32,000 bases of DNA from Nostoc punctiforme PCC 73102 (GTDB taxonomy: Bacteria; Cyanobacteriota; Cyanobacteriia; Cyanobacteriales; Nostocaceae). Positions 15,691-25,358 of this stretch are shown here, piece by piece. A program made the translations under genes and the position numbers. How positions within the stretch are numbered: position 1 is the first letter of the stretch; each line of letters opens with the position of its first letter. Under the pieces are notes generated by a model. It did no database searches. It saw only the letters and a program-made list of their open reading frames with translations, and was not told the origin of the DNA. The DNA lies in the NCBI RefSeq assembly GCF_000020025.1, contig NC_010628.1, positions 5,580,001-5,612,000 of the forward strand, written 5' to 3'.

Positions 15691-16449
15691 ATGTATGACG
15701 AAGACGATCTAAGCCTACTCGATATTGAGGAGGAGCTAGAAAGCCCCCTAGATAAAATAGAGCCGCTAACTGCCGAATCAGAGGTGGTAAAGCCCGATCC
15801 CGAAGTGATGCTAGCCCTCCTAGAAAATCCCCAGCCCCAGCAAAGAATGTTAGCGGCGCGTGCTTTTTGTGATATTGAAGATGCACGTGCTACACCCCAT
15901 TTGATTCGCCTGTTAAGTGATGTCTGTCCCTTAGTCAGGGTAAGCGCATCTTATGGACTCGGACGCAATCCCAGTTCAGAAGCAGTAAGTCCATTAATTG
16001 CTCAACTAAAGAGTGATTGGAATGGCTATGTGCGTAAAGGCGTTGTTTGGGCTTTAGGAAACTGTCGCGATCGCCGTTCTTTACCACCCCTAGCAGATGC
16101 CCTAAGAACTGACATTTCCGCAGTGCGTTTGTGGGCTGCTAGTGCCTTAGCACAGATGGCAGAAGTGGGTTATGAAGCGGTTATAGGGGCAATACCACCA
16201 TTAATTGAAGCCTTAGTCAAAGATCCCGTGGCAGCCGTGCGGAGTAACAGTGCTTGGGCAATTGGTCAACTGTGCCGCGAACTACCTTCTAATGTAGTTT
16301 ACGCCACAGCGATCGATGCTCTAATTCAAGCCTTTGCCGAAGACCAAGATTTGGGTGTCCGAGAAGACGCGAAAGCCTCACTGTTAGGAGTAGGCGATCC
16401 CCGTGGCTTACAGCTGATTGAAACCCTCGAACAAGAAGGGTGGTTTTGA
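15691..16449 (+). CDS. HEAT-repeat protein (PBS-lyase HEAT-like repeats)
   Basis: Shows repeated units of the type A..AL...D.RA...Li..L.D....VR..A..aLG, for example LVRVSASYGLG, YVRKGVVWALG, AVRLWAASALA and AVRSNSAWAIG. Confidence 0.8.
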   Translation: MYDEDDLSLLDIEEELESPLDKIEPLTAESEVVKPDPEVMLALLENPQPQQRMLAARAFCDIEDARATPHLIRLLSDVCPLVRVSASYGLGRNPSSEAVSPLIAQLKSDWNGYVRKGVVWALGNCRDRRSLPPLADALRTDISAVRLWAASALAQMAEVGYEAVIGAIPPLIEALVKDPVAAVRSNSAWAIGQLCRELPSNVVYATAIDALIQAFAEDQDLGVREDAKASLLGVGDPRGLQLIETLEQEGWF

Positions 16450-16452
16450 TTT

Positions 16453-16585
16453 GGCATTGGGCACTTGTACTGAGCGTATCCCTAAAGCGAAAGCTTCGCT
16501 AACGCGTAGCGTCTGTAAAGAAGCGGTAAAGCCTGCGGCATAGCTACGCTTAGGCACAGCCTCTCCAAGAGTTGTATTGGGCATT
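16453..16585. repeat. Dispersed-repeat / MITE-like element with GGGCATT termini between convergent genes
   Basis: The termini are ggcattgggca and tattgggcatt. Internal hairpins are agcgaa-agc-ttcgct (16486-16500) and gcgtagc...gctacgc (16504-16510 / 16552-16558). The core resembles the one at 27851-27889. Confidence 0.45.
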
Positions 16586-16620
16586 AATCGCTTAAATCCC
16601 AACTCCTAACTCAGCACTCA

Positions 16621-17031
16621 CTAACCTTCAGTTACAGATTTGACCAAATTTAAGTCATAAGGGCGCTCAGTATCATCTTCGCCCAAATACTCACCATTTT
16701 GAATTTCCAGAATAACTAGCGGTATGTGCCCAGGATTTTCTACCTTATGTAGGGTTGCTGCGGGAACATAAGTTGACTCATTTCGATTCAGTAATATTTC
16801 CGCATCGCCACAAGTCACCTTAGCTACACCAGAGACTACAACCCAATGTTCGTTGCGGTGATAATGGATTTGTGGTTTAATGCCGTGTCTGGGCTTGATT
16901 TCAACACGGCTAATTCTATAGGTATCTCCCTCCTCGATCACCTCCACCTCACCCCAGTATCGTGTGCCTGAATGTGGAGGCAATTCGTTGATATTTGACT
17001 GAGTATTATTTTCGTTGGGAGTCATAATCAA
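16621..17031 (-). CDS. Cupin domain protein (mannose-6-phosphate isomerase type II C-terminal-like)
   Basis: Contains WGEVEVIEEGDTYRISRVEIKPRHGIKPQIHYHRNEHWVVVSGVAKV...VPAATLHKVENPG. Confidence 0.8.
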   Translation of the reverse strand: MIMTPNENNTQSNINELPPHSGTRYWGEVEVIEEGDTYRISRVEIKPRHGIKPQIHYHRNEHWVVVSGVAKVTCGDAEILLNRNESTYVPAATLHKVENPGHIPLVILEIQNGEYLGEDDTERPYDLNLVKSVTEG

Positions 17032-17140
17032 TTTCTCAACCAGATAACTACTAGTATTTTTCTGTAATTTATCGTAAACGGGATAAACCTGGATAGGCAG
17101 ATACAGTCAAAAGTGTTCTAACTTTACTCTAGGGAATTAT

Positions 17141-18484
17141 TCATCCCCCCGTATACTGAATCCGATAAATCCGATTATTGGCTTCTTCTGTTAGTAGTAA
17201 ACTGCCATCTGGCAGCACGAGTAAACCTACAGGTCTTCCCCAAGTGGTTGGTACAGAAGGATTTAGTAAAAAGCCTGTGAGAAAGTCTTCGTAGTAGCCA
17301 AGCGATCGCCCTTTAGCATCGAAGGGAACAAATACAATTTTATAACCAGTGCCGCGATCGCGATTCCAAGAACCACGAAAAGCAGCAAAAGCACCGTTAC
17401 GGTATTTTTCTGGAAACGTCTTACCATCATAAAACTGCAAACCCAATGCTGCTGAATGCGCTTGGAACAGCACATCTGGCGTTTGGGTACGGGCTGCTAA
17501 TTCGGGGCGTTTGCTTTTGCCATCCGTTTTTTGACGCGGATCGAGGTTATTTGGTGTCAGATAAGCATAAGGCCAGCCGTAAAATGCCCCCTGTTTAACG
17601 CGTGTCAGATAGTCTGGAACCAAGTCATCACCGATTCCATCGCGTTCGTTGACAGTGGCGTAAAGTTCCTTAGTTATAGGATGAAAATCCAAACCAACAG
17701 GGTTACGCAAGCCGGAAGCGAAAGTTTGTTGCTGGGAACCATCTAAATTCATTACCTGTATCGAAGCCCGTGGTAGGGGTTCTTCATCTACATTGGTTCC
17801 TGAACCAACTGAGACATATAATTTATTGCGATCGGGCGAGACAACAACATTGCGCGTCCAATGGTTGTTATAACCTTGAGAAGGCAAGTCGGCGATTTTT
17901 TCTCCTTTACCTGTAATCTTGTTTTGACCTTGAGTATAGGGAAAACGCACCACGGCATCTGTGTTCCCCAGAAAAAAGGAATTATCTGCAAAAGCCATAC
18001 CAAAGGGTCTATTGAGTCCGTTATCCCCACTAGCAAAGGTTTCCCGAACATCAGCTACGCCGTCACTGTTGCTGTCACGTAACAAACGAATGCGGTTTTG
18101 GCCAGTTTCAGTCACCAGGACATCACCACTAGGAGTTAAAGCTAGCCAGCGTGGAGCATCTAAACCTTCAGCAAAAACATTAACTGTAAAGCCTGCTGGT
18201 ACGCGCAACACCGGATTTTGAGGAATAGGCACAACTTCAGGCCGCTTGGAAGCACTTTCTGTTGCAAAGGGTGCTGGTAAATTCTTCAGATTGATACGAA
18301 TAGGCGTAGGTGAAAATGCTTCAGTTCGGATAGTATTTTTTAGCTGTGTAGGATTCTGTGTCAGTTGGGCAGAAGGTACAGATATTTGTGGTGTGGGATT
18401 ATCTGACGAAGCGCGAGTCTGGTTACACGCTGCTGCCAAAGTCAGTAAAAAAACTGGTAGCAAGAAACGCGCAAAAACTTTCAT
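17141..18484 (-). CDS. PQQ-dependent sugar (sorbosone/glucose) dehydrogenase family protein, exported
   Basis: Has an N-terminal signal or lipoprotein-like sequence (FLLPVFLLTLAAAC). Family blocks present include GLRNPVGLDFHP and ERDGIGDDLVPDYL. Confidence 0.8.
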   Translation of the reverse strand: MKVFARFLLPVFLLTLAAACNQTRASSDNPTPQISVPSAQLTQNPTQLKNTIRTEAFSPTPIRINLKNLPAPFATESASKRPEVVPIPQNPVLRVPAGFTVNVFAEGLDAPRWLALTPSGDVLVTETGQNRIRLLRDSNSDGVADVRETFASGDNGLNRPFGMAFADNSFFLGNTDAVVRFPYTQGQNKITGKGEKIADLPSQGYNNHWTRNVVVSPDRNKLYVSVGSGTNVDEEPLPRASIQVMNLDGSQQQTFASGLRNPVGLDFHPITKELYATVNERDGIGDDLVPDYLTRVKQGAFYGWPYAYLTPNNLDPRQKTDGKSKRPELAARTQTPDVLFQAHSAALGLQFYDGKTFPEKYRNGAFAAFRGSWNRDRGTGYKIVFVPFDAKGRSLGYYEDFLTGFLLNPSVPTTWGRPVGLLVLPDGSLLLTEEANNRIYRIQYTGG

Positions 18485-18740
18485 AACGGTAGAAACTATG
18501 ACACAATTTTCTTACTTTAGACTTGAGATTTAATAATTGTCGCCAGTCTAAAGTCCGATTTTGCTTACTTAGTCACTCCATTAAGGTACTGGAAAAATAA
18601 TTTACTCTCCAATTCGCAATGCCCAATATTCATACATATAAGACTCATATTTGATTCTTGAAAAAATTCAGTATAGCTCAAAGAGCCTTCTTGCCTATTG
18701 CCTATTGACTGTTGCCTGCCTATGCAAATAATTTCAAAAA

Positions 18741-19961
18741 TCAAATCAGATTACGATATAAGCATTTGTTAGTCAATAAAAAACTTTCAAACTCTGCTGC
18801 TGGTAATGGAGGACTAAATAGAAAACCTTGCATAGAATTACAGTTTTGTTGGCGCAAAAAAGCAAGTTCTGCTTCGGTCTCTACCCCTTCAGCGATTACA
18901 TTTAGATTGAGATTGTGACCCATTTGAATTAATGCTTTAGTAATGGCTGATTTCTGTGTATCGTTAGCAACATTATGGATAAAATAACGGTCAATTTTTA
19001 AGGTGTTAATTGGTAAGTTTTTCAGATAAATTAGAGAAGAATAGCCTGTACCAAAATCATCGATCGCAATTTTGATACCCAATGATTGCAATTTGCTCAT
19101 AGTAGCGATCGCACTATTTACGTCTTGCATAATCATACTTTCAGTTAGTTCTAGCTCTAAGTCATCTGGTTGCACATTATTAATAGTTATAAAATTGACT
19201 ATTTTATTAATAAAATCTGGTTGGTTAAATTCAATTGCTGATAAATTTACAGTAACAACCAAGGAATTAATTCCGGTATCACGCCAGATTTTTATTTGCT
19301 TACATACACTTTTTAATACCGATTTACCGATTGGAACAATTAAACCTGTAGACTCTGCTAACGGAATAAATTCTGTTGGGTAAACTATCCCCAATTCTGG
19401 GCTTTGCCAGCGCAATAAACTTTCAGCAGCTACTATTTTCCCAGAAGCAATATCGACTATTGGTTGATAATAAATTTCAAATTCCTGAAATTTATGTTGT
19501 TTAATAGCTCGGTGCAAGCAAATTTCTAACAACTGCATTTTGGGAGACAAGTTGTTAATTCTAGTCTGAGTAGATAAATATTTTTTTAAAGTAGCGTATT
19601 TTTCCAACCGATTCATGATGGCACTTAATAACTCAGCCCGACTAAATGGCTTAGTTATATAGTCATCGGCCCCCATATCCATACCTTGACGGAAGTCAGA
19701 TTTGGCAGATTTGGCGGTGAGAAAAATGAAGGGAATTGTTGCCGTTGAAGGATCTTGGCGTAACGCTGTTAGAACACCATAACCATCAATTTCTGGCATC
19801 ATCATATCACAGAGAATTAAGTCAGGAACTTCACAGATAGCCAAATGTACACCAATCCTACCATTAGCGGCAGCAATAGTTTCAAAATCCTCAGCTTCTA
19901 GCAAATCTAAAATGTTTTCACGGACTGCTTCCTCGTCTTCTATTATTAAAATTTTGGGCAT
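18741..19961 (-). CDS. Response regulator with EAL (c-di-GMP phosphodiesterase) output
   Basis: The REC domain shows ILIIEDEE...DLILCDMMMPEIDG...FLTAK. The EAL domain shows YYQPIV, AAESLLRW, DDFGTGYSSL, KIDRYF, AEGVET and QGFLFSPP. Confidence 0.85.
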   Translation of the reverse strand: MPKILIIEDEEAVRENILDLLEAEDFETIAAANGRIGVHLAICEVPDLILCDMMMPEIDGYGVLTALRQDPSTATIPFIFLTAKSAKSDFRQGMDMGADDYITKPFSRAELLSAIMNRLEKYATLKKYLSTQTRINNLSPKMQLLEICLHRAIKQHKFQEFEIYYQPIVDIASGKIVAAESLLRWQSPELGIVYPTEFIPLAESTGLIVPIGKSVLKSVCKQIKIWRDTGINSLVVTVNLSAIEFNQPDFINKIVNFITINNVQPDDLELELTESMIMQDVNSAIATMSKLQSLGIKIAIDDFGTGYSSLIYLKNLPINTLKIDRYFIHNVANDTQKSAITKALIQMGHNLNLNVIAEGVETEAELAFLRQQNCNSMQGFLFSPPLPAAEFESFLLTNKCLYRNLI

Positions 19962-19964
19962 AAT

Positions 19965-20690
19965 TTACCTCAATTTATTATTTATTATTTCATAAGAGAA
20001 TAATAGTAAACTTTGTATCAAATCCCGGTGTAGTTGTGAAAAAATTTTACCTTTGTAGATATCTTTACACTTTTTTACAATTGCCATTGCTAATCGAGTC
20101 GCTAGCCTATGATCGACATTACTGACGCGATAGAAGGATTCCAATACTGAATAGAAATAGCTAGCCCAAAAGCCAGGATATTCAACTGTTTCCCACCCTT
20201 GATAACCCGTGATGGCGAGAACATTTTCGTTCATAAATTTACTAGCAAAATATTCCGAACTCTTGCAGATGTAAATTACTACTGGGCTGGAGAAGAATAA
20301 ATATTCCAGATGTTGAAGATTTCCAAGTAGCGTCCACCATATTTCCCAATATAAACGTCTAACTACATCTTGTGGTTGTAGTTTGGTAAAGTTAAGTACT
20401 GTTTGGTTCGCTTTTAGCACCATACCTTCTGTGATTAGCAATCCGATAAACTGGAAAGTGTCGTTGAAGATGGTGCGAAATCGTCTTTCACTCTCACGCA
20501 ATACTACTTCTACTACACGGGAGGTACTATTCACAGAAACTCCAATGAGGTGAGTCGATTGGTCGTGTCTGTCAGTACTATAGCGCGTACTAGTGACCAT
20601 TTGTACTCGGGTTAATTGTCTATTAACGAGAATTTGATATCCTACCTCAAACGAACTAATACTGGTGTTCCCTCTAGTTTTAGATTTCAA
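19965..20690 (-). pseudogene. Remnant of a multi-PAS sensor protein (no transmitter domain, no convincing start)
   Basis: A PAS N-terminal block (SERRFRTIFNDTFQFIGLLITEGMVLKANQTVLNF...YWEIWW) breaks off. A second PAS start follows directly (SSPVVIYICKSSEYFASKFMNENVLAITGYQGWE...PGFWAS) and also breaks off. The ORF starts at TTG and stops 3 nt from the REC-EAL gene. Confidence 0.5.
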
Positions 20691-20903
20691 AAAATAGTTA
20701 TCTAAAGCTGCTTATATTAAGTATTCTCCAATATTCTGGTTCTAAAGAAGTAGTAATATTTGGGATATAAACACAGCAAAAATTGTCTTAAGAATTACAA
20801 AGTGGCTTATATACGGCTAGTTGTGAATTGGGAAGATACAAAGAAGAAACTTGTTCAATAATTCCCCCTTGTCCCTTTGATCTCCCCCAACTCCCCAGCC
20901 TCT

Positions 20904-21022
20904 CAATACTTTTCGGTTAAGGGGGAGAGGGGAAAGGGTTTAAATTTATTTACCTTTACCCCTTAACCGTTAAACTTTCCCAGATCAAAAGAGAGATTGT
21001 TGGGTTTATCCGAAAAGTATTG
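20904..21022. repeat. MITE-like nested inverted repeat directly 3' of the 935-aa gene
   Basis: The outer IR is a perfect 13 bp: caatacttttcgg (20904-20916) and ccgaaaagtattg (21010-21022). The inner IR is 11 bp: cggttaagggg (20914-20924) and ccccttaaccg (20959-20969). Confidence 0.6.
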
Positions 21023-21035
21023 CCCTGCCTCTTTA

Positions 21036-23843
21036 CTAAGGGTGCAACTGCACCCGTCGTTCGCCGTAACGCAATAGCCTTTCTATAGTTACAAGCCGAT
21101 TTTCCCAAACTTTGACTTGATAGGAATTCGACTTAATTTCTTGGCTCATCAATACTCGAAATTGAGACTGGAATCGAGTTAGAGAGGCTTTTGCCACTAG
21201 TAAATTACTAGGAGAAGGAGAAGCAGCAAGCTGATTTAAAGCACTGCGTAAAACTTCTGCTTGGTTGTTAAAATCTGATATTGTCCGGGCAGGTCTTTCT
21301 TGTGGGTCATTTTGGAAAACAAATTTCCATTCTCGTTGCAGCGCAGTGTAACGGATGGCGGCAGTTTGAAAAGGTTGGCGGTGGGGAATCGGTTCACTTT
21401 TTGTAGATTGAACTTTACCTTGGGTACTAATAAAAAGTTTTTGTAGCTCGTTATTAAAATTCTCTGCGGCAAAGAGTGCGTAACCACTAACTGGTAAGTC
21501 CCTTACCAACTGGAGTTGATCGAATGCCCCGATTGTTGGTAACGAAAGTAAGCGAATTCCCGGCACTAACAATGTAGCTCCCAATTGTTTAGAGGCGATC
21601 CAGGGTTGGGCTAGTCGTTGGAAGCGAGAAGTATCCAGAGCATAAGTCATGGGAACGATTAAATCTACATCTCCCCGTCTTGCCCAAGTTTCCCAGTTTT
21701 GTTGAATTTTCTGAATCCGCTCTTGTTCTGGCAAAGGAAATACAGCAACCGACAAAATCAAATTCGGTCGTTTTTGCCGCAACTGCTCTGATACTTTCGC
21801 AACAAAGCTATCAACTTGCTTAGTGCGAAATGCCGTCCACTTTTGCCATAGTTCTGGTTGACTGGGGGAAATATTGATTGGATCTATGCCAGTAAGTTGC
21901 TGAAACTGCGCTCTTGCTGCTTTGCCATAGCCATAAATTCGACCTGCTGATGGATCTTGAAACGGGTAGCGAATGTAGTCTAGCTGTAAACCATCCACGT
22001 CATAGCGAGTAACAATTTCCTCGTATAGCTTGAGTAAGTATTGTCGAACTTCGGGGTTGGCTGGGTCAAAGAATGGCTTAGTCTGGCCAACGGGAATCAT
22101 GTTGCCAAGATTATCGTAGTTTGCCCAATCGGGATGAGCCGCCAGTACTGGCCCTGGATAATTTGGACTAACGTTGATAATCTCATTATGCCGTTGATTG
22201 CCAGCAGCAAAAGTCCAAACCCAAGCGTGTAATTCCATGTCGCGCTCATGGGCCAACTTCACCGCATCTTCTAGTGGGTTCCACCCACGAATTAGGGGGT
22301 TTTGCTCTTTTGCAACTTGGCTTGGATAAATGGTATAGCCAGCATTAACAGTTTCAAAGAAGACAGTATTAATTCCAGTTTGGGCTAGGCGATCAAAAAT
22401 TTGAGCTAGTCCTGCCTTGCTACCAGCACGAACAATCGTCCCTCTATCCAACCAAACTGCCCGAATTTCTGGTTGAGCCAACCTCCGATCAACTGGGAAC
22501 TGCTGCCACAAAATTGTCTTTGCTGCCAGCCACTGCTGACGAGCCAGAGCATAGTTTTTTTGAGCAATCAATTGGGGTAAGTTTTTGGCAATTACCCTGA
22601 CTTGTGCCAAGGCTTGGTCTTTGCTTGTGGCTAGCCCCCCCAATTTAGTTGAGGCCAATTGTATTGGCTGCTCTTTGACAGATTGGGGGGTATAGGTTTC
22701 CAGATGTCTGGAGGTCTGTTTTCCCTCAGATATCCCGATGCCTTCCTTAACCGCATTGGCTGACACCGCTAAATGAGCGCTTTCCACCCGACCAATGAGA
22801 TTTTCTAGCTCTTGCTGGAGAGCGATCGCTTGATTGTTGTCAATCGGCTCATTGGAGTTGGGTGCAACATCTAGACGCACCGCCTGTTCTAGCTGATCAA
22901 TAGCCTCTTGCGAACTTGGTGGTTTAACTATAGGAAGCGCTCTCGGTATGGGAGCAGTAGCAGTTTTAGGAGGAAGGGATGAGGAAGATGAACTACTGCT
23001 CTGTCCCTCTGCCCCTCTGCTCCCCTGCTCCCCTGCCCCCTGCCCCCTTGGTGCAGCCGCTACTGTTGTAGAGCAGTTTGGGGAACCTCCTGCTATTTTT
23101 TTCATCCGATTCGATGGTGCTAGCGCTGTTAAATAATGATTGATAGAAGCTTTTAACCAGGCATTATCTAACTCGGCTGCTGAGGCTGTATCCGTTCCCC
23201 AACGCCAGCCCAAAAAGGTAGTACGCTCAGTTGTCACTACTGCGGCTGGATTATCTTTGGAATTCCAAACAGCAGGAGATTCAGTGCCCATATCATTAGG
23301 AATCACAACGCCGCCGCGGATTTTGCCAAAGAGTTCGGTTTGATTTGCCCATTCTGGGATCTTGGTTTTTGTGGGCTTGATCTGTTCTATTTCACTAAGG
23401 CTGAATCCCCAATAACCTCCCAAGAGCGATCGCAATAACTGCCGCACTCCTGGGGATGACAAACTACCTACGGGGCCGCTAGCAATTAAACGCCCTCCCT
23501 TACTCATCCAGTCTTCAAGAGCGATCGCTTGGGTTGGTGTTAATGTCTCGATGTTTGGCAAAAATAATATCCGGCGATCGCCCCAATCTGCACCACTCTT
23601 GACATCTGTTAGGGGAATTACACAATATTTCACCCCGATCGTCTGCAAGCGGTCAGTTATCCCTGTCCATTGATTCGCATTTTCTTGGCTATGCACTACG
23701 CTCAATACAGGTTCTTCAGTCGCCGCCGTGACTGGCAAAATACTAAAATTATTTAAAATTAAAAAGTTAAAACTTAAAATGAAGAATCCGGCTTTCTTTA
23801 TGTGAGAATTTGCCTTTTCATGAAACTCTTTCCGATTCTTCAC
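21036..23843 (-). CDS. Glycoside hydrolase family-10-like (GHL10/DUF187) large exported protein with in-frame repeat insertion
   Basis: Core blocks are RAVWLDRGTIVRAGSKAGLAQIFDRLAQTGINTVFFETVNAGYTIYPS...LHAWVWTF and DGLQLDYIRYP. There is an N-terminal hydrophobic signal. The low-complexity stretch GQGAGEQGSRGAEGQSSSSSSSS is encoded by a repeat element. Confidence 0.75.
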   Translation of the reverse strand: MKNRKEFHEKANSHIKKAGFFILSFNFLILNNFSILPVTAATEEPVLSVVHSQENANQWTGITDRLQTIGVKYCVIPLTDVKSGADWGDRRILFLPNIETLTPTQAIALEDWMSKGGRLIASGPVGSLSSPGVRQLLRSLLGGYWGFSLSEIEQIKPTKTKIPEWANQTELFGKIRGGVVIPNDMGTESPAVWNSKDNPAAVVTTERTTFLGWRWGTDTASAAELDNAWLKASINHYLTALAPSNRMKKIAGGSPNCSTTVAAAPRGQGAGEQGSRGAEGQSSSSSSSSLPPKTATAPIPRALPIVKPPSSQEAIDQLEQAVRLDVAPNSNEPIDNNQAIALQQELENLIGRVESAHLAVSANAVKEGIGISEGKQTSRHLETYTPQSVKEQPIQLASTKLGGLATSKDQALAQVRVIAKNLPQLIAQKNYALARQQWLAAKTILWQQFPVDRRLAQPEIRAVWLDRGTIVRAGSKAGLAQIFDRLAQTGINTVFFETVNAGYTIYPSQVAKEQNPLIRGWNPLEDAVKLAHERDMELHAWVWTFAAGNQRHNEIINVSPNYPGPVLAAHPDWANYDNLGNMIPVGQTKPFFDPANPEVRQYLLKLYEEIVTRYDVDGLQLDYIRYPFQDPSAGRIYGYGKAARAQFQQLTGIDPINISPSQPELWQKWTAFRTKQVDSFVAKVSEQLRQKRPNLILSVAVFPLPEQERIQKIQQNWETWARRGDVDLIVPMTYALDTSRFQRLAQPWIASKQLGATLLVPGIRLLSLPTIGAFDQLQLVRDLPVSGYALFAAENFNNELQKLFISTQGKVQSTKSEPIPHRQPFQTAAIRYTALQREWKFVFQNDPQERPARTISDFNNQAEVLRSALNQLAASPSPSNLLVAKASLTRFQSQFRVLMSQEIKSNSYQVKVWENRLVTIERLLRYGERRVQLHP
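22969..23048 (-). repeat. G-array/C-array element (same GGGAGCAG octamer family) inside the CDS
   Basis: The plus strand reads ggaggaagggatgaggaagatgaactactgctctgtccctctgcccctctgctcccctgctcccctgccccctgccccc. The coding (minus) strand therefore carries GGGAGCAG-type octamers. Confidence 0.75.
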
Positions 23844-23940
23844 TACTGGCTCCTCAGTGGATTAATTATTAGGCATTACTTCTTATTTATCATCTAGCAT
23901 AACAATAAATTACCTCCGAAAAACAACTGATCTTTGATAA

Positions 23941-25281
23941 CTAAACCTGAACAAAATCGGAAATGCATGTTTTGATTAAATCTTCAACTCCTGCTAGGGG
24001 GAAAATTCTTGTATTTAGTCTGCCAGCTAATTCCTCAATACTCATATCATCTAAAAACACTAATTCCCCATTTTTTAACATGACATTGGGTAGCAAAATC
24101 CCATCACCTAAATCTTGCTCTTCTAAATTTAAAACTAAATCATGACCAGTTAGTAATCCGGTTACACTGATAGTTTGTCCCCAATAATCACTACATAAAG
24201 CCCGCATATTGACCTCTAAACCTTCAACACAATTTAAGCGTTTCAAAATTGGTTGAAATGCTTTTTCTACGGCGTTGCCCACTACCCAGGTCAATTTTCT
24301 TTGAGGATATACTTTTGGTGGAAGTAATTCTGCTGCAACGGTGGCAAATTGCTTGATAAATAGTTGAATCGAACCAACTCCATTATCAATTTGGGGATAT
24401 TCTTCATATTCAGACTCGCTGGGTAATTCCTCACCTGCAATCAAAAACCACTCATCGGCTAACCAAACAACGCTAGAACCAAATTGTTGCCGAAATTGCC
24501 GTGAGAGCATTTGCACTTGAGAAATCACTTCTTGAGCTTTTTCTCTAGTTACAGGGATGAGTTCATCTTCTGGAGGGCGAAACCGTGTCAACCCAACTGG
24601 CACAACTGCCACCGATGCCACTGCCGGGACTTCACCAGTATGAAAAGAAGTTAAATCTTTGAGAGTTTGTTCCAGATGTTTGCCATCATTTATACCAGGA
24701 CAAACAACAACTTGAGCATGAATTTGTAGTCGCCTTTTTTGAAACCACTTCAGTTGTTGCAAAATTTGTCCCGCACGCTGATTTTTTAGCAGCCTAATTC
24801 TCACATCAGCTTCTGTCGCATGAACAGAAACATACAACGGAGACAAGCGCATTTGCTCAATTCGCTGCCATTCTCTTTCTGGCAAATTGGTCAGGGTAAG
24901 ATAAGAACCGTATAAAAAGCTCAGACGGTAATCGTCGTCTTTTAAGTACAAGCTGGTGCGCTTACCTGGTGGCTGTTGATCGATAAAGCAAAATGGACAG
25001 CGATTATTGCACTGAATTAAGCCATCAAATAGGGCAGTTTCAAATTCTAGCCCCAAGTCTTGATCGTAATCTTTTTCGATTTCCAGGCTATGAGTTTTAC
25101 CAGTAGCATCTAAAACTTCTAGTTCCAAAACTTCATCAGCACACAAAAACTGATAATCAATTAAATCGCGGGGACGCGTACCATTGATTGCAACGATCGC
25201 ATCCCCAGCCTCAAAGCCAATCTCTGCGGCTATTGAGTCTGGTAGAACCTTGGTAATTCGGGCAGGATTAATGGTAGTCAT
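23941..25281 (-). CDS. PDZ plus radical-SAM-like FeS protein with DUF512-type C-terminus (cyanobacterial conserved)
   Basis: Has a PDZ-like N-terminus (IAAEIGFEAGDAIVAINGTRPRD) and the Cys motif CNNRCPFCFIDQ. The start is taken at MTTINPARI (ATG at 25281), because the longer ORF-track N-terminus runs through heptamer repeats. Confidence 0.8.
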   Translation of the reverse strand: MTTINPARITKVLPDSIAAEIGFEAGDAIVAINGTRPRDLIDYQFLCADEVLELEVLDATGKTHSLEIEKDYDQDLGLEFETALFDGLIQCNNRCPFCFIDQQPPGKRTSLYLKDDDYRLSFLYGSYLTLTNLPEREWQRIEQMRLSPLYVSVHATEADVRIRLLKNQRAGQILQQLKWFQKRRLQIHAQVVVCPGINDGKHLEQTLKDLTSFHTGEVPAVASVAVVPVGLTRFRPPEDELIPVTREKAQEVISQVQMLSRQFRQQFGSSVVWLADEWFLIAGEELPSESEYEEYPQIDNGVGSIQLFIKQFATVAAELLPPKVYPQRKLTWVVGNAVEKAFQPILKRLNCVEGLEVNMRALCSDYWGQTISVTGLLTGHDLVLNLEEQDLGDGILLPNVMLKNGELVFLDDMSIEELAGRLNTRIFPLAGVEDLIKTCISDFVQV

Positions 25282-25290
25282 GGGTATTTT

Positions 25291-25350
25291 GGCATTGGGT
25301 ATTGGGCATTGGGCATTTGCTTTAAACAAATGACCAATGACTAATGACTA
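25291..25350. repeat. Two adjacent STRR heptamer arrays (GGGCATT)n and (AATGACT)n filling the intergenic spacer
   Basis: The arrays are ggcattgggtattgggcattgggcatt (25291-25317) and atgaccaatgactaatgacta (25330-25350). Confidence 0.85.
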
Positions 25351-25358
25351 TTATGAAA

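Noticed and set aside
18691-18725. Short TTGCCTA-type repeat (ttgcctattgcctattgactgttgcctgcctatgc) as a regulatory operator upstream of the dehydrogenase gene
   Set aside because: It is only about 4 degenerate units and lies >200 bp from the start codon. It cannot be distinguished from the ubiquitous STRR background, so no functional claim is justified.
25282-25329. N-terminal extension (MFKANAQCPIPNAKIP) of the PDZ/radical-SAM gene
   Set aside because: The extra codons are read through the GGGCATT heptamer array. The conserved-looking N-terminus starts at MTTINPARI (25281).
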